NCBI GenBank assembly: GCA_050916045.1
Contig: CP051526.1
Location: 3,616,001-3,680,000 of the forward strand
Source: Tepidisphaera sp.
GTDB lineage: Bacteria > Planctomycetota > Phycisphaerae > Phycisphaerales > UBA1924
Length of the DNA stretch: 64,000 bases
Direction: 5' to 3'
The stretch's first letter is position 1; each line of letters begins with the position of its first letter. Of this stretch, positions 10,151 through 19,075 are shown piece by piece. The position numbers and the translations under genes were made by a program. Under the pieces are notes generated by a model, which had not been told where the DNA came from, searched no databases, and saw only the letters and a program-made list of their open reading frames with translations.

Positions 10151-11365
10151 CTACCGCATCATGTCCGTCAGCACTTCAAGCCCGCGTTCGAGGTTCGCCA
10201 TCGGCGTTGCGAAGGACAAGCGGAAGTGCGTGTCGCGCTGGCTGAAGGTGCGGCCGGGGACGATCAGGACCTTGCGTTTGACGGCTTCCTGGAAGAAGTT
10301 CTCGCCGCGGTTGGTCTCGTCGCCGAAGCGGTCGGGCACCTTGACGAACGCGTAGAACGCGCCGCCGGGGAGGGGGACCTCGGTGACTTTGGAAAGCCGC
10401 TCATAGACCGCGTTGCGGCGCCTCTCATAGTCGGCCACCTCGCGCGACATATCGACGTCGAACGCGCCGACGACGCCCCACTGCAGCGGGTGCGGGCTGC
10501 TCACGTAGAGGTACTGCTGCAGCTTGGTCATCTCTTCGATCAAGCGGCGCGGGCCGGCGGCGTAGCCGAGTCGCCAGCCGGTGACGCCGTAGGTCTTGCC
10601 ATAGCCTCGGACGACCAGGACGCAATCTTCGGAGCTCGCGAAGCGGGCGGGGCTTGGGCAGGCTTTGCGAGCCGGCTCATTCACGAACGACTGCGTCCGG
10701 CATTCGGAGAACGCGAACTCGTCGTAGATCTCATCGCTGAGCAAGATAATGTTGCGTTTGCGGCAAAGCTCGAGAAGCTCGCGGCATTCCTGCTCGGTGT
10801 TGCAGACGCCGGCGGGGTTGCTCGGGCTGTTGAGGATGATGAGCTTCGTGCGTGGCGTGATGAGCGGCTCGACGCGCTCGGCGGTCATGCGGAAGTCGGG
10901 GTAGGTCGAGCACTTGACGGCTTTCGCGTTGCAGAAGTGCGCGAGGTAGGGGTAGAGGACGAAGTAGGGGTCGGGGATGATGACCTCATCCCCTTCGTTG
11001 AGCATCGCCATGCACGCGAGGACGAGGCCGCCGGAGGTGCCCGCCGTGACGACGACGCCGGGGTCGGTCGCGGAGGTGCTGAGGCCCGAGGGCCCGACGG
11101 TCCAGCCCAGGTCGGCTTTGAGGCGCTTGGCGATGGAGTCGCGGAGCTCGATGATGCCGCGGGTGAGTGGGTAGCCGTTGCGGCCCTCCTGGATGGCGCG
11201 GCAGGCGGCGTCGCGCATGGCTTGGGGGACCGGGAAGTCGGGCTGGCCGATCGAGAGGTCGATCTTCTCGGAAGCGGGGATGGTGGCCCCGATCTCAAAG
11301 ACGCGGCGGATGCCCGAGCCGTTGATGCTGCTGGCGCGGGAAGCGATGAGGGCGTCGATGTTCAT
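10151..11365 (-). CDS. PLP-dependent aminotransferase class I/II
   Basis: DLSIGQPDF, NSPSNPAG, LSDEIY and GYGKTYGVTGWRLG (PLP lysine) motifs. Confidence 0.93.
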   Translation of the reverse strand: MNIDALIASRASSINGSGIRRVFEIGATIPASEKIDLSIGQPDFPVPQAMRDAACRAIQEGRNGYPLTRGIIELRDSIAKRLKADLGWTVGPSGLSTSATDPGVVVTAGTSGGLVLACMAMLNEGDEVIIPDPYFVLYPYLAHFCNAKAVKCSTYPDFRMTAERVEPLITPRTKLIILNSPSNPAGVCNTEQECRELLELCRKRNIILLSDEIYDEFAFSECRTQSFVNEPARKACPSPARFASSEDCVLVVRGYGKTYGVTGWRLGYAAGPRRLIEEMTKLQQYLYVSSPHPLQWGVVGAFDVDMSREVADYERRRNAVYERLSKVTEVPLPGGAFYAFVKVPDRFGDETNRGENFFQEAVKRKVLIVPGRTFSQRDTHFRLSFATPMANLERGLEVLTDMMR

Positions 11366-11410
11366 GCGGGATCCTTGGCGGGCAACGGGGGGCGCAACTT
11401 GAGACCGGAA

Positions 11411-11446
11411 AAATGAAAGAAGGCACCGGACGCCGCCCCGGTGCTT
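11411..11446 (-). terminator. Intrinsic terminator after the small basic protein gene
   Basis: AGGCACCGG/CCGGTGCTT stem followed on the minus strand by TCTTTCATTTTT. Confidence 0.65.
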
Positions 11447-11471
11447 GTCAGTTCAAACGAGCGGCGAGAAC

Positions 11472-11633
11472 TCAGACCTTGCCGACGAGGGTCTTGGCGA
11501 TGCCGAGGACCTTGCCGGTCTTCTCATCGAGCTTCTTGTCGGCTTTGAGCTTGGCGATGCGCTCGACGCGGGTGAGGACGGAGCGTTTGCCGGCCATGTT
11601 CTGGGCGACTTTCAGCGAAGGATCAAGGCTCAT
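11472..11633 (-). CDS. PVC-superphylum small basic protein (TIGR04137-like), 53 aa
   Basis: Manual translation MSLDPSLKVAQNMAGKRSVLTRVERIAKLKADKKLDEKTGKVLGIAKTLVGKV; GGAG SD; below ORF-track cutoff. Confidence 0.85.
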   Translation of the reverse strand: MSLDPSLKVAQNMAGKRSVLTRVERIAKLKADKKLDEKTGKVLGIAKTLVGKV

Positions 11634-11688
11634 ATCGGTCTCCAACTTCGCCGAAACTCGGCGGCCCGAGGGCAGGTTCTGTCAGCGG

Positions 11689-12660
11689 TCATTCATCGTA
11701 CTTGACCCAACCGGGCTGGGAAAAGTCCGAGGGCCCGCGGTCTTTGCCCTTCGCCCACTCCTTGCCCAGAGCTTTCACATCGTTCTCAATCCGCTGGCGC
11801 ATCGAGGCGTCGCGGTATTGGTCCTTGGAAAGCGGGGTCAGGAGGAAGACGAAGTAGGAGGGATTCTTGCCACCATCCGGGCTCCGATCCACAACTTTGC
11901 TCGGAACGGCGACCGCTTGGCGACCTTTGGACTGCAAATAGTCGACGGCGCGGACCGCTTCGGGCCTGGGGAGCACGACGAGGTGGAGGTAGTTCATACC
12001 CTGGATGCGGGGGTCGGTCCCGACCCAGGCCCCGGCGTGGTAGATGTTGCCGGAGGGGGCGGGCGGGGCGGGAGACGGGCTTTCCTGCGGGCTGCCTTGG
12101 CCGGAGGGGGTGCCTTCGGGCTGCGGGGCCTGCTCGGAGCCGGCTCCGCCGGGGGTTTCGGGGAGCTGGGGGCTGAGCTGCTGGGCGAAGCGGCGCTCGG
12201 CGTCCTGCTTGCCGGCGTTCACACCCCCCCACCAGATCAGGACAAACAGCAGGACCAAGCCGGTGATGCCCCAATAGAACCAGACCCGGGGGACGGTCAG
12301 GGCGCCGGCGGTGGCGGGGGTGGGGCCGGGGGAGGGCTCGGGGTGGGATTGGCTGTGCGTGTCGGGGTCGCGGGCGACGAGGGGGGCCGCGGAGGGGCGG
12401 CCGATTGGCTTGGTCTCGACGGCGGCGACGGCGCGGGGGGTGTGGGAGGAGCTCTGGGTGGAACGCTGGGAGGGGGACTGGGAGGTGGACTGGGGAGCGG
12501 CGGGCTGGGCCGACTGCCGGGAAGCGGCTTGGAAGGGGAGGGGGGAGGGGGTGGGGGTGGGCGGTTGCGGCGCCGGTGCCGACGAGGGTGCCGGGCCCGA
12601 TCTCGGGTTCCGAGACGGGTCCGTCATCAGGTCAAAGAGAGGACGACGACCACCAGCCAT
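11689..12660 (-). CDS. Single-pass membrane protein with Pro/Ser-rich N-terminus and possible SPOR-like C-terminal domain
   Basis: Start MAGGRRPLFDL with TACACT 5 nt upstream; TM segment VWFYWGITGLVLLFVLIWWGG. The domain call is tentative. Confidence 0.75.
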   Translation of the reverse strand: MAGGRRPLFDLMTDPSRNPRSGPAPSSAPAPQPPTPTPSPLPFQAASRQSAQPAAPQSTSQSPSQRSTQSSSHTPRAVAAVETKPIGRPSAAPLVARDPDTHSQSHPEPSPGPTPATAGALTVPRVWFYWGITGLVLLFVLIWWGGVNAGKQDAERRFAQQLSPQLPETPGGAGSEQAPQPEGTPSGQGSPQESPSPAPPAPSGNIYHAGAWVGTDPRIQGMNYLHLVVLPRPEAVRAVDYLQSKGRQAVAVPSKVVDRSPDGGKNPSYFVFLLTPLSKDQYRDASMRQRIENDVKALGKEWAKGKDRGPSDFSQPGWVKYDE

Positions 12661-12816
12661 GGCTAAGTGTATCGGCTCCAAGGGCTTCCGGGCCGTAGCC
12701 CGGGCGAGGGGGCGGCGTGGGCAGCGATGGGGGCCGGATGGGGACTGGATGGGGACTGGATGGGGGCGTGGAGGTTTGGGGGGATGTGGGGGTGTGGGGG
12801 TGATACAGTCGGTGCT

Positions 12817-13362
12817 ATGGCCATCCGTGACGACGAGATCATCGTTCTTCAGCCGCAGCCCATGAGCCGCGTGGAATCGCTTTACGTGGTCGAGGTGGTG
12901 AAGGGCTTTGGCACCACGCTCCGCCACTTCTTCACCTCCTTCGGCCAGGGGAAGACGAGCCGGACGATGCAATATCCCGAGGTGCGTCGCGAGCATCTCA
13001 AGGTCGAGGATGGCGGCCAGAACGCGAGCAATTTCCGCGGCGTGCACCGCCTCAACCGCGACGAGGAAGGCCGCGTCAAGTGCGTCGCGTGCATGATGTG
13101 CCCGACGATCTGCCCGGCCCGCTGCATCCACATCGAAGCCGCGGAGAGCCCGTGGGACGACCGCGAGAAGTACCCGAAGAAGTTCGAGATCGATGAGCTC
13201 CGCTGCATCTACTGCGGCATGTGCGAAGAGGCGTGCCCGGTGGATGCGATCGAGCTGACGACCGAGTACGACATCGTGGGCAAGAGCCGTCAGGAGATGA
13301 TCTTCGACAAGGAGAAGCTCCTGTCGGTGTACGACGCGACGATCGGCAAAAAGCCGATGTAG
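12817..13362 (+). CDS. nuoI: NADH-quinone oxidoreductase subunit I
   Basis: TMQYPE, FRGVHRL, CVACMMCPTICP and RCIYCGMCEEACPVDAI (2x[4Fe-4S]) motifs. Confidence 0.93.
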   Translation: MAIRDDEIIVLQPQPMSRVESLYVVEVVKGFGTTLRHFFTSFGQGKTSRTMQYPEVRREHLKVEDGGQNASNFRGVHRLNRDEEGRVKCVACMMCPTICPARCIHIEAAESPWDDREKYPKKFEIDELRCIYCGMCEEACPVDAIELTTEYDIVGKSRQEMIFDKEKLLSVYDATIGKKPM

Positions 13363-13373
13363 AAGCCGATGTA

Positions 13374-13449
13374 GGGGCCGGATGGGGCAGGACGGGGCGG
13401 GACGGGGCGGGACGGGGCGGGACGGGGCGGGGCGGGGTGGGGTGGGGGG
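13374..13449 (+). repeat. G-rich 10-bp tandem repeat (GACGGGGCGG x4 plus variants)
   Basis: Directly visible; a related 11-bp-unit G tract lies at 12729-12800. Confidence 0.9.
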
Positions 13450-13664
13450 AAGCGAACCGCGAGCAGCGAACGGCGAACAGCGGACCCGAACAGGTCGGCC
13501 GAGGGTGTGTCTGTTTTCTTCGTGGGCCCTCTGGCCCTTGGCCCGAAGGGCCGCTTCCACCCTTCAAAGGCGCGCGTCCGGGAAAAGCCACCCCCAGCGT
13601 GCAGCACCGGCGATCAGGCCTGCGGAGCGTCCCGAGGGGCGGCGCATAACCGGATGTTTTCTTC

Positions 13665-13832
13665 CATTCTGCCCCCAAAGTGCTCCACTTTGCCGGCAGA
13701 ATGGAACATTTTGCCCCGAGCGCGGAGCACTTTGCCCCCGAAATGCTCCATTCTGCCCCCATCGCGGACCATTTTGCCGGCAGAATGGAGCATTCTGCCC
13801 CGAGCGCGGACCATTTTGCCCCCGAAATGTTC
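13665..13832. repeat. 21-bp tandem array, 8 units, core CAYTYTGCC
   Basis: Units start at 13665, 13686, 13707, 13728, 13749, 13770, 13791 and 13812. Confidence 0.9.
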
Positions 13833-13955
13833 CACCTTACTCCCTCCCCCCTCCCCAAAGCCCGACCCCAGCCCCAAACCTCCGCGCAGCTTCGGCCTTC
13901 CGATTCGGGTTGCATAAGGGGAGCCGTTCCGGGCAGCCCGGCAGACCCACCCGCG

Positions 13956-14021
13956 CCGATCGCCGGAGGAACCGGCGATCGATGGCACGACTGGCCTCCT
14001 GAAGCCGTCGGTGCCACCCGC
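13956..14021 (+). repeat. Palindromic dispersed repeat A (inverted copy at ~20592..20657)
   Basis: CCGATCGCCGGAGGAACCGGCGATCGRTGGCACGA shared, with similarity extending to TCGGTGCCRCCCGC. Confidence 0.85.
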
Positions 14022-14024
14022 GGG

Positions 14025-14102
14025 CGTTGCGAGATGAGGATTCGATCGAGAACGCTCGCGGTGCCACGACCATCCCGTTTCGGGATGGTCGTGGCACCCG
14101 GC
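14025..14102 (+). repeat. REP-like palindromic repeat B
   Basis: GCGAGATG.GGATTCGATCGAG...CACGACCATCCCG...CGGGATG.TCGTGGCACCCGGC; direct copy at 16110-16187, inverted partial copy at 16062-16100, degenerate copy at 19862-19904. Confidence 0.85.
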
Positions 14103-14193
14103 GCTTGCCCCCTCCCCCCGACTTCTGGTACCCTCCGCACAAGAGAGTTTCACGATCCTCCAAGATTTCACTCGACGTAAAGGAGTCGAAGAC

Positions 14194-16041
14194 GTGGGCC
14201 AAAGCGCATTGAACAACATTGTGGCAAGCTTCTTTATGTTGATGACCGCGACTCTCTTTGGTGGATGCTCAGGGTCTAGGGCGTTTGAGTATCCCACCGC
14301 TAAGGGCCCAGAATTCTCCGCGATCGTGGACATATACCGCGAGAATGGTTGGGATATCTACTACGAGTATGACGCCAACGGCTACGAGGCGGGCCTATTA
14401 AATTTTGCGCGACTTGATTCGCCTCCTACTCTCTTGGAGATTGGGTCCATAGATCCCGAACGCACTCATCTCGCGGCATGCCTTGTGCTTGAAGAGAGCA
14501 AACACCATGATCGCGAGGCGATCGCACGTTCCATACTGGAGCGCGGGCGCATGAGAGGCGATGGAATGTGTATTCTCGCACTCGCTGCTTGGGACGCCAA
14601 CGGCGTGAAGATGGCTCGAACCCCTTGGGGAGTCGATCTCTCGGACGACCGCGCTGCGCGGATCATGGCGCCAGCAATTGGCGAGGCCATCAATGCCCGA
14701 GATCCTGCATTGATTAACCGTCTTGAAGACTATGTTAAACTCGCAGAACGCGGCATAGCTCCTGTTGATGAAGTATGGCGCAATATGAGTCGGGTTGGAT
14801 GTGATGAAACGGCTCTACACGTTCCGGGCTTTCCCGGAATCAGAGGTGTGCCGTCGAATGGGCAGCATCTTTCTTATCCTCGTGGGGGAGGGCCTCGACG
14901 AGACTCCACTTATAAACGACAGGTTGCAGCGATATGGCTTCGGTCGGCGTCGTCACGCGGTTGGTTGACGATTGCTGCGAACCCTGTACTTGCAGGTGCG
15001 GTCGACTCCGAGGGCCAGGCCGTGAGTGTGGATAGCTGGGCTTTCCAGGTTCAATCGTGGGGCCGCACGATTCAGTGGCAGAAAGAGTCTGCAAAGGAAC
15101 TTGAAGTTCTCAAACGCAAACTGGACAGAGAAAGACAGGCAAGGGAGACCGAGCGAGCGCAGGAGCAGGCGATTCGCGACGCCGCCGACGCCGAAGAGCA
15201 GCGTCAGCAGTGGCAGGCTTTCAAGGATCAGTATTCACCCGGAGGTGGTATCCAAGGCGAGTTGAATCGCCAGAACGAACGATTGCTCGGCGGTGCGGGT
15301 GGCACGACGCGCTCCCCCTCGCGCGATCCCGAGCCGGGCGTCAACAAGACGGTGATCTACGAGAAGGACAAGGAACCCAAGGTCATCGTTCACCAGGAGC
15401 CGCCCCCCAACTCGACCGTGATCTACGAGAAGGGTAAGGAGCCCCGGGTTGAGACCTCGGCGCCGAGCGGTTCGGGAGGCGGCCTCAAGCCCCAGACCAA
15501 CACTCCAGGACAGAAGAACGGCTGGGATCGCACCTACTTCGACGATGGGCGTGTGCAGACCGAGGTGTACTACGTCAACGGAAAGAAGAACGGCGAGTTC
15601 CGCCGATACGACATCCGAAGCCTCAACGAGTTCCGCACCCCGATCCACGGCCACTACTTCCTTCTGGAGTCCGGTCAGTATGAGAACGACCAGAAGACGG
15701 GAGAGTGGAAGCAGTGGGCGACCAGCGCGTATCTCGACAAGCCCTATCTCGAGCAGTCGCAGTGGTACTCGCGCGGGATCTTGAACGGAACTCGAACGAG
15801 GTGGGATTCGGCCTACTTCTGCGGAGGCCGCGTCCATAAATCGCTCGAAGAGGAGTATGTGGATGGCAAACTGAGCGGCGAGAGACGAGAGTACGAGTAC
15901 GACTGCGCCCTCACAATGGAGCAGATCAAGCGGTCCACGATGTACCTTTACGGCAAGAAGAACGGCCCGCAGATCGAGTATCGCGGGGGCGTTCCCCACT
16001 CCACCACCAACTACATCGACGGCGAGAAAGTCGGCAGGTAA
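14194..16041 (+). CDS. Putative lipoprotein with coiled coil and C-terminal MORN-variant (YwqK-like) repeats
   Basis: LFGGC lipobox-like site; C-terminal units such as YFDDGRVQTEVYYVNGKKNGEFRRY. The start codon is uncertain. Confidence 0.75.
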   Translation: MGQSALNNIVASFFMLMTATLFGGCSGSRAFEYPTAKGPEFSAIVDIYRENGWDIYYEYDANGYEAGLLNFARLDSPPTLLEIGSIDPERTHLAACLVLEESKHHDREAIARSILERGRMRGDGMCILALAAWDANGVKMARTPWGVDLSDDRAARIMAPAIGEAINARDPALINRLEDYVKLAERGIAPVDEVWRNMSRVGCDETALHVPGFPGIRGVPSNGQHLSYPRGGGPRRDSTYKRQVAAIWLRSASSRGWLTIAANPVLAGAVDSEGQAVSVDSWAFQVQSWGRTIQWQKESAKELEVLKRKLDRERQARETERAQEQAIRDAADAEEQRQQWQAFKDQYSPGGGIQGELNRQNERLLGGAGGTTRSPSRDPEPGVNKTVIYEKDKEPKVIVHQEPPPNSTVIYEKGKEPRVETSAPSGSGGGLKPQTNTPGQKNGWDRTYFDDGRVQTEVYYVNGKKNGEFRRYDIRSLNEFRTPIHGHYFLLESGQYENDQKTGEWKQWATSAYLDKPYLEQSQWYSRGILNGTRTRWDSAYFCGGRVHKSLEEEYVDGKLSGERREYEYDCALTMEQIKRSTMYLYGKKNGPQIEYRGGVPHSTTNYIDGEKVGR

Positions 16042-16061
16042 ATGGCCTCGGCCGGACAATA

Positions 16062-16187
16062 CCGGGTGCCGCGATCATCCGGTCTTCCGGATGGTCGTGG
16101 ATGGGCGAGCGTCGCGAGATGGGGATTCGATCGAGGATGCACGCTGATGCACGACCATCCCGAAGCGGGATGATCGTGGCACCCGGC
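16062..16187. repeat. Paired, oppositely oriented REP-like repeat B copies (BIME/REPIN-like)
   Basis: CCGGGTGCCGCGATCATCC... at the left end and ...GGATGATCGTGGCACCCGG at the right end. Confidence 0.8.
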
Positions 16188-16418
16188 TCGGATTTGTGCT
16201 TCTTCGCTTTCGCCTGGGCATCGGAGACCCCACGCTGGCGCGCGGGGCGCGTTGGGCTTGGTATCGACCCCCATACTCGCCCCGGGGTGGCACCGCCCCC
16301 GCCCCCGCCCCCCCCACCACCACCCCTCACCACCCCTCACCACCCCTTCACCCGGCACAATGTTGTGTCACGGGGCGCGTGTGATTTAACAACTTGCTTT
16401 GTGTTTCTCATCTCCGGG

Positions 16419-16444
16419 TGAAGTCCCGCCCCGCGCTCGCCGAT
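16419..16444 (+). promoter_or_regulatory. Sigma28 (FliA/WhiG)-like promoter
   Basis: TGAAG-N15-GCCGAT upstream of the 16506 gene; the consensus is TAAA-N15-GCCGATAA. Confidence 0.5.
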
Positions 16445-16505
16445 CCCCTCGGGAACTTGCTTCATGCCGAAGCAACGAGCGGCTCGGCCGCGGAGAGGAC
16501 TTCTC

Positions 16506-17177
16506 ATGGCGACTGTTTCAAGCAAGGACATCGAAGCCATTCAGCAGTTTGAGAACTGGGTGCCGGTCTGGACTTCACAGGCTGTGGCCATTGGGACCAG
16601 TAGCGCGGCCGTCACGGCTTTGGATCTCAAGGTCAAAGCCGCTCGCAACGGGTACACCGCGCAGCAGGCCGCCAGGATGGCCGCCAAGACCGCCACCAAC
16701 TCCTTCCACGACGCCGTCGACCTCATGCGCTCCGCCGGGGCCGACATCATCCGCCAGATCAGGACGCAGGCCGAGGTCACGAACAACCCCAACGTCTACA
16801 ACCTCGCGCAGGTGCCTCCCCCCGCGCCGCCCTCGCCCGCGCCGCTCCCCGGGCAGCCCACCAACTTCTCCGTCGGTCTCACCGGCTCGGGCGGCATCCT
16901 CCTGACGTGGAAGAGCGCCAACAGCTCGCCCAGCAGCGGAGCGTACTTCACCGTGCGTCGCCGCTTGGCGGGCGAGAGCGCGTTCACCGTCGCCGGCGGC
17001 ACCGGGAGCAAGTCCTTCGTCGATGACACCGTCCCCTTCGGCACCAACATGGTCACCTACCTCGTGCAGGGGTTCAAGGGACAGGCCGCCGGGCCCGAGA
17101 GCGAGCAGCTCACCGTGCAGTTCGGCGTCGGCGGGGCCGGGGCGAGCGCGACGGCGCAGTTCAAGCTCGCGGCGTAA
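16506..17177 (+). CDS. Hypothetical protein: helical N-terminus, Pro linker, FN3-like C-terminal domain
   Basis: GGAGAGGA SD; PGQPTNFSVGL...ILLTWK...YFTVRRR...SFVDDTV...YLVQG FN3-like pattern. Confidence 0.8.
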   Translation: MATVSSKDIEAIQQFENWVPVWTSQAVAIGTSSAAVTALDLKVKAARNGYTAQQAARMAAKTATNSFHDAVDLMRSAGADIIRQIRTQAEVTNNPNVYNLAQVPPPAPPSPAPLPGQPTNFSVGLTGSGGILLTWKSANSSPSSGAYFTVRRRLAGESAFTVAGGTGSKSFVDDTVPFGTNMVTYLVQGFKGQAAGPESEQLTVQFGVGGAGASATAQFKLAA

Positions 17178-17209
17178 GCGGATCCACAACGAGCATTTCC
17201 TTAATGAGA

Positions 17210-17242
17210 AACGCCAGGGCCACGGGGCCTTGGCGTTCTTTC
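17210..17242 (+). terminator. Intrinsic terminator
   Basis: AACGCCAGGGCC/GGCCTTGGCGTT stem followed by CTTT. Confidence 0.6.
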
Positions 17243-17432
17243 GTCTCGTCGCGGTCGCCCGGAGCGTCGCACCCGCCACGCGCAAGACCTGCGGGACCGT
17301 GCATGGTTTTGTGCCATGGGCGCGAGAAAACCGATGCTACTCCCGGCTGTCATCCATCGTGGTGGCCGGTACGATATCGCGTTCACACTCAATTCGCCCT
17401 GGTTGTGGAGATGCGCGGTGGCACACAAAGCA

Positions 17433-18707
17433 ATGTATGGAGTTCTTGTTGCGTTCATGGCTCTGGTCCTGTGCCTCGCCGGGTGCGGCGCGACCGACCA
17501 CGGGAAGATCTACCGCATTCCGCCGCTGGTGTGCCACGACAAGGATCTTGACGACATCGACTCGAGCGGTCGAATCAATCCGTACAAGTATCGGTTCCCT
17601 GATCAATCGATCGTCAAGCCCACGGGCACGGCGGCGAAGGGCAAGCCGGAGACGAAGCCGGCCACCACGCCCGGCACGACAGGCACGCCCGGCACGACGA
17701 TTCCCGCGAGTTCAAGGGACATTGATCCCTTCGGCGACCCGCCCAAGGGGTACACGCCGCTTGAGGAACTCTCGGGCAAGCTCAAGCGGATCAAGCAGGA
17801 CCGGGACGGCGGCGCGATCCTGGAGTCGCAAGCCCAGGGGCTGACGACGCTGGCGGTGCTTCAATCGACGGAGAGCGCGTACACGGCGGCGCAGCTCGAC
17901 ACGGCCTCGCGGAACCGGCTTCAGACGATCATGATCGGGCAGTCGAACGTGATCGCGGCGGCGCACCTGAGCTCGATCATGGGCCTTGAGAACGAGATCA
18001 ACGTGCTTTTCGGCGTGTCGGCGACCTCGACCGCGGCGGTCGCGGGGATCGTCTCGCCGGTGGGCACGAAGAACATCCTGACGGCGTTGTCGGCGATCTT
18101 CAGTGCTTCGCGCGACCAGATTCGCGAGCACGTCTACCAGAACGCGTTCGGATCGGCGATCGTGGATCGGATCGTCACGCGTCGCCAGACCTTCCTGGAC
18201 GAGGTCATCAATCCGAGGCGCATGCTCCCGCTGGCGGAGTATCCGGTTGACGCGGCGATCTCGGATGTGCTTGAGTACCACAACATGGGCTCGTTCTATG
18301 AGGGCGTGGTGCAGATCGGGCGGGAGGTGGCGCAGGGCAACATGAGCTCGCAGCGTCCGTCCGCGGCTCCCAAAGAGGTGACGGTGCAGCCTGCCGCCAC
18401 GGTGGTGACGGTCAAAGAGGACGGGAAGGGCTCCATCGACGTGCAGATCACGCGGACGACGACGGACGCGTTTACGGTCACCATCCAAGGCGTCACGGTG
18501 ACGTCCCTCGTCCCCGCCGACACTGTGCTCCGCCCTGCGTCTTCGGACGACAAGCTCAAGGTCGTCAAGTACGACCTTCGCGGCACGGGCAAGGTCACGA
18601 TCAACTTCACGGCGGCGAAGGAGACTTCGAGCTTTGACCTGATCGTTGGGGACGCGACGCATCAGGTCGCCCACAAGGTCATCCAGATCGAGCATGATGG
18701 GAAATGA
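17433..18707 (+). CDS. Putative lipoprotein of unknown function (helical core plus beta-rich C-terminus)
   Basis: MYGVLVAFMALVLCLAGC lipobox; long host-like ORF. Confidence 0.8.
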   Translation: MYGVLVAFMALVLCLAGCGATDHGKIYRIPPLVCHDKDLDDIDSSGRINPYKYRFPDQSIVKPTGTAAKGKPETKPATTPGTTGTPGTTIPASSRDIDPFGDPPKGYTPLEELSGKLKRIKQDRDGGAILESQAQGLTTLAVLQSTESAYTAAQLDTASRNRLQTIMIGQSNVIAAAHLSSIMGLENEINVLFGVSATSTAAVAGIVSPVGTKNILTALSAIFSASRDQIREHVYQNAFGSAIVDRIVTRRQTFLDEVINPRRMLPLAEYPVDAAISDVLEYHNMGSFYEGVVQIGREVAQGNMSSQRPSAAPKEVTVQPAATVVTVKEDGKGSIDVQITRTTTDAFTVTIQGVTVTSLVPADTVLRPASSDDKLKVVKYDLRGTGKVTINFTAAKETSSFDLIVGDATHQVAHKVIQIEHDGK

Positions 18708-18737
18708 AACTCCACCCGCTTTCCGACGGAGGATGCG

Positions 18738-18983
18738 ATGAACTATGAACGAATCGTGAGCTACTTTTCAGCGTGGGACGCTTCCAACAACCGCGGCGTT
18801 CTTGATGTGCAGTTCGGTGACCCCGGCGCTCCGCAGGCGACGCGGATTCAGGTCGACAACGCGGCGGAGCTTTCGGCTCTGCTTGCCATCCTGCGGTCGA
18901 GCCGAACGGTGTACATCTCCGCGGATGATGCGGGCCGCGTCATCTTGAAGTCGGAATGGACGACGCCGGGCGGCGGAGCCTAA
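18738..18983 (+). CDS. Small hypothetical protein (81 aa)
   Basis: GGAGG SD; directly follows the lipoprotein gene. Confidence 0.75.
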   Translation: MNYERIVSYFSAWDASNNRGVLDVQFGDPGAPQATRIQVDNAAELSALLAILRSSRTVYISADDAGRVILKSEWTTPGGGA

Positions 18984-19075
18984 AGCGGGCGCGAACGGGG
19001 CACGATGACTTCATCTGAGATCGGGTGGGTGCGCCGCCGCGTCTGTCGACACGCCGCGCCAGACGCGTGACCGGG

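Noticed and set aside
12661..13560. N-terminal extension of the 623-aa ORF 11689..13560
   Set aside because: It is antisense to nuoI and the G-rich repeats; the real start is 12660, with a -10 box.
13665..13832. CRISPR array
   Set aside because: The period is only 21 bp, the variable parts recur, and there is no leader or cas gene.
13507..14002. Heptapeptide-repeat proteins read through the 21-bp array
   Set aside because: The array is open in several frames on both strands, with no SD or codon bias favouring one; treated as non-coding.
16293..16352. C-rich tract as a functional element
   Set aside because: It is a low-complexity run, and nothing beyond generic G4 potential on the minus strand supports a function.
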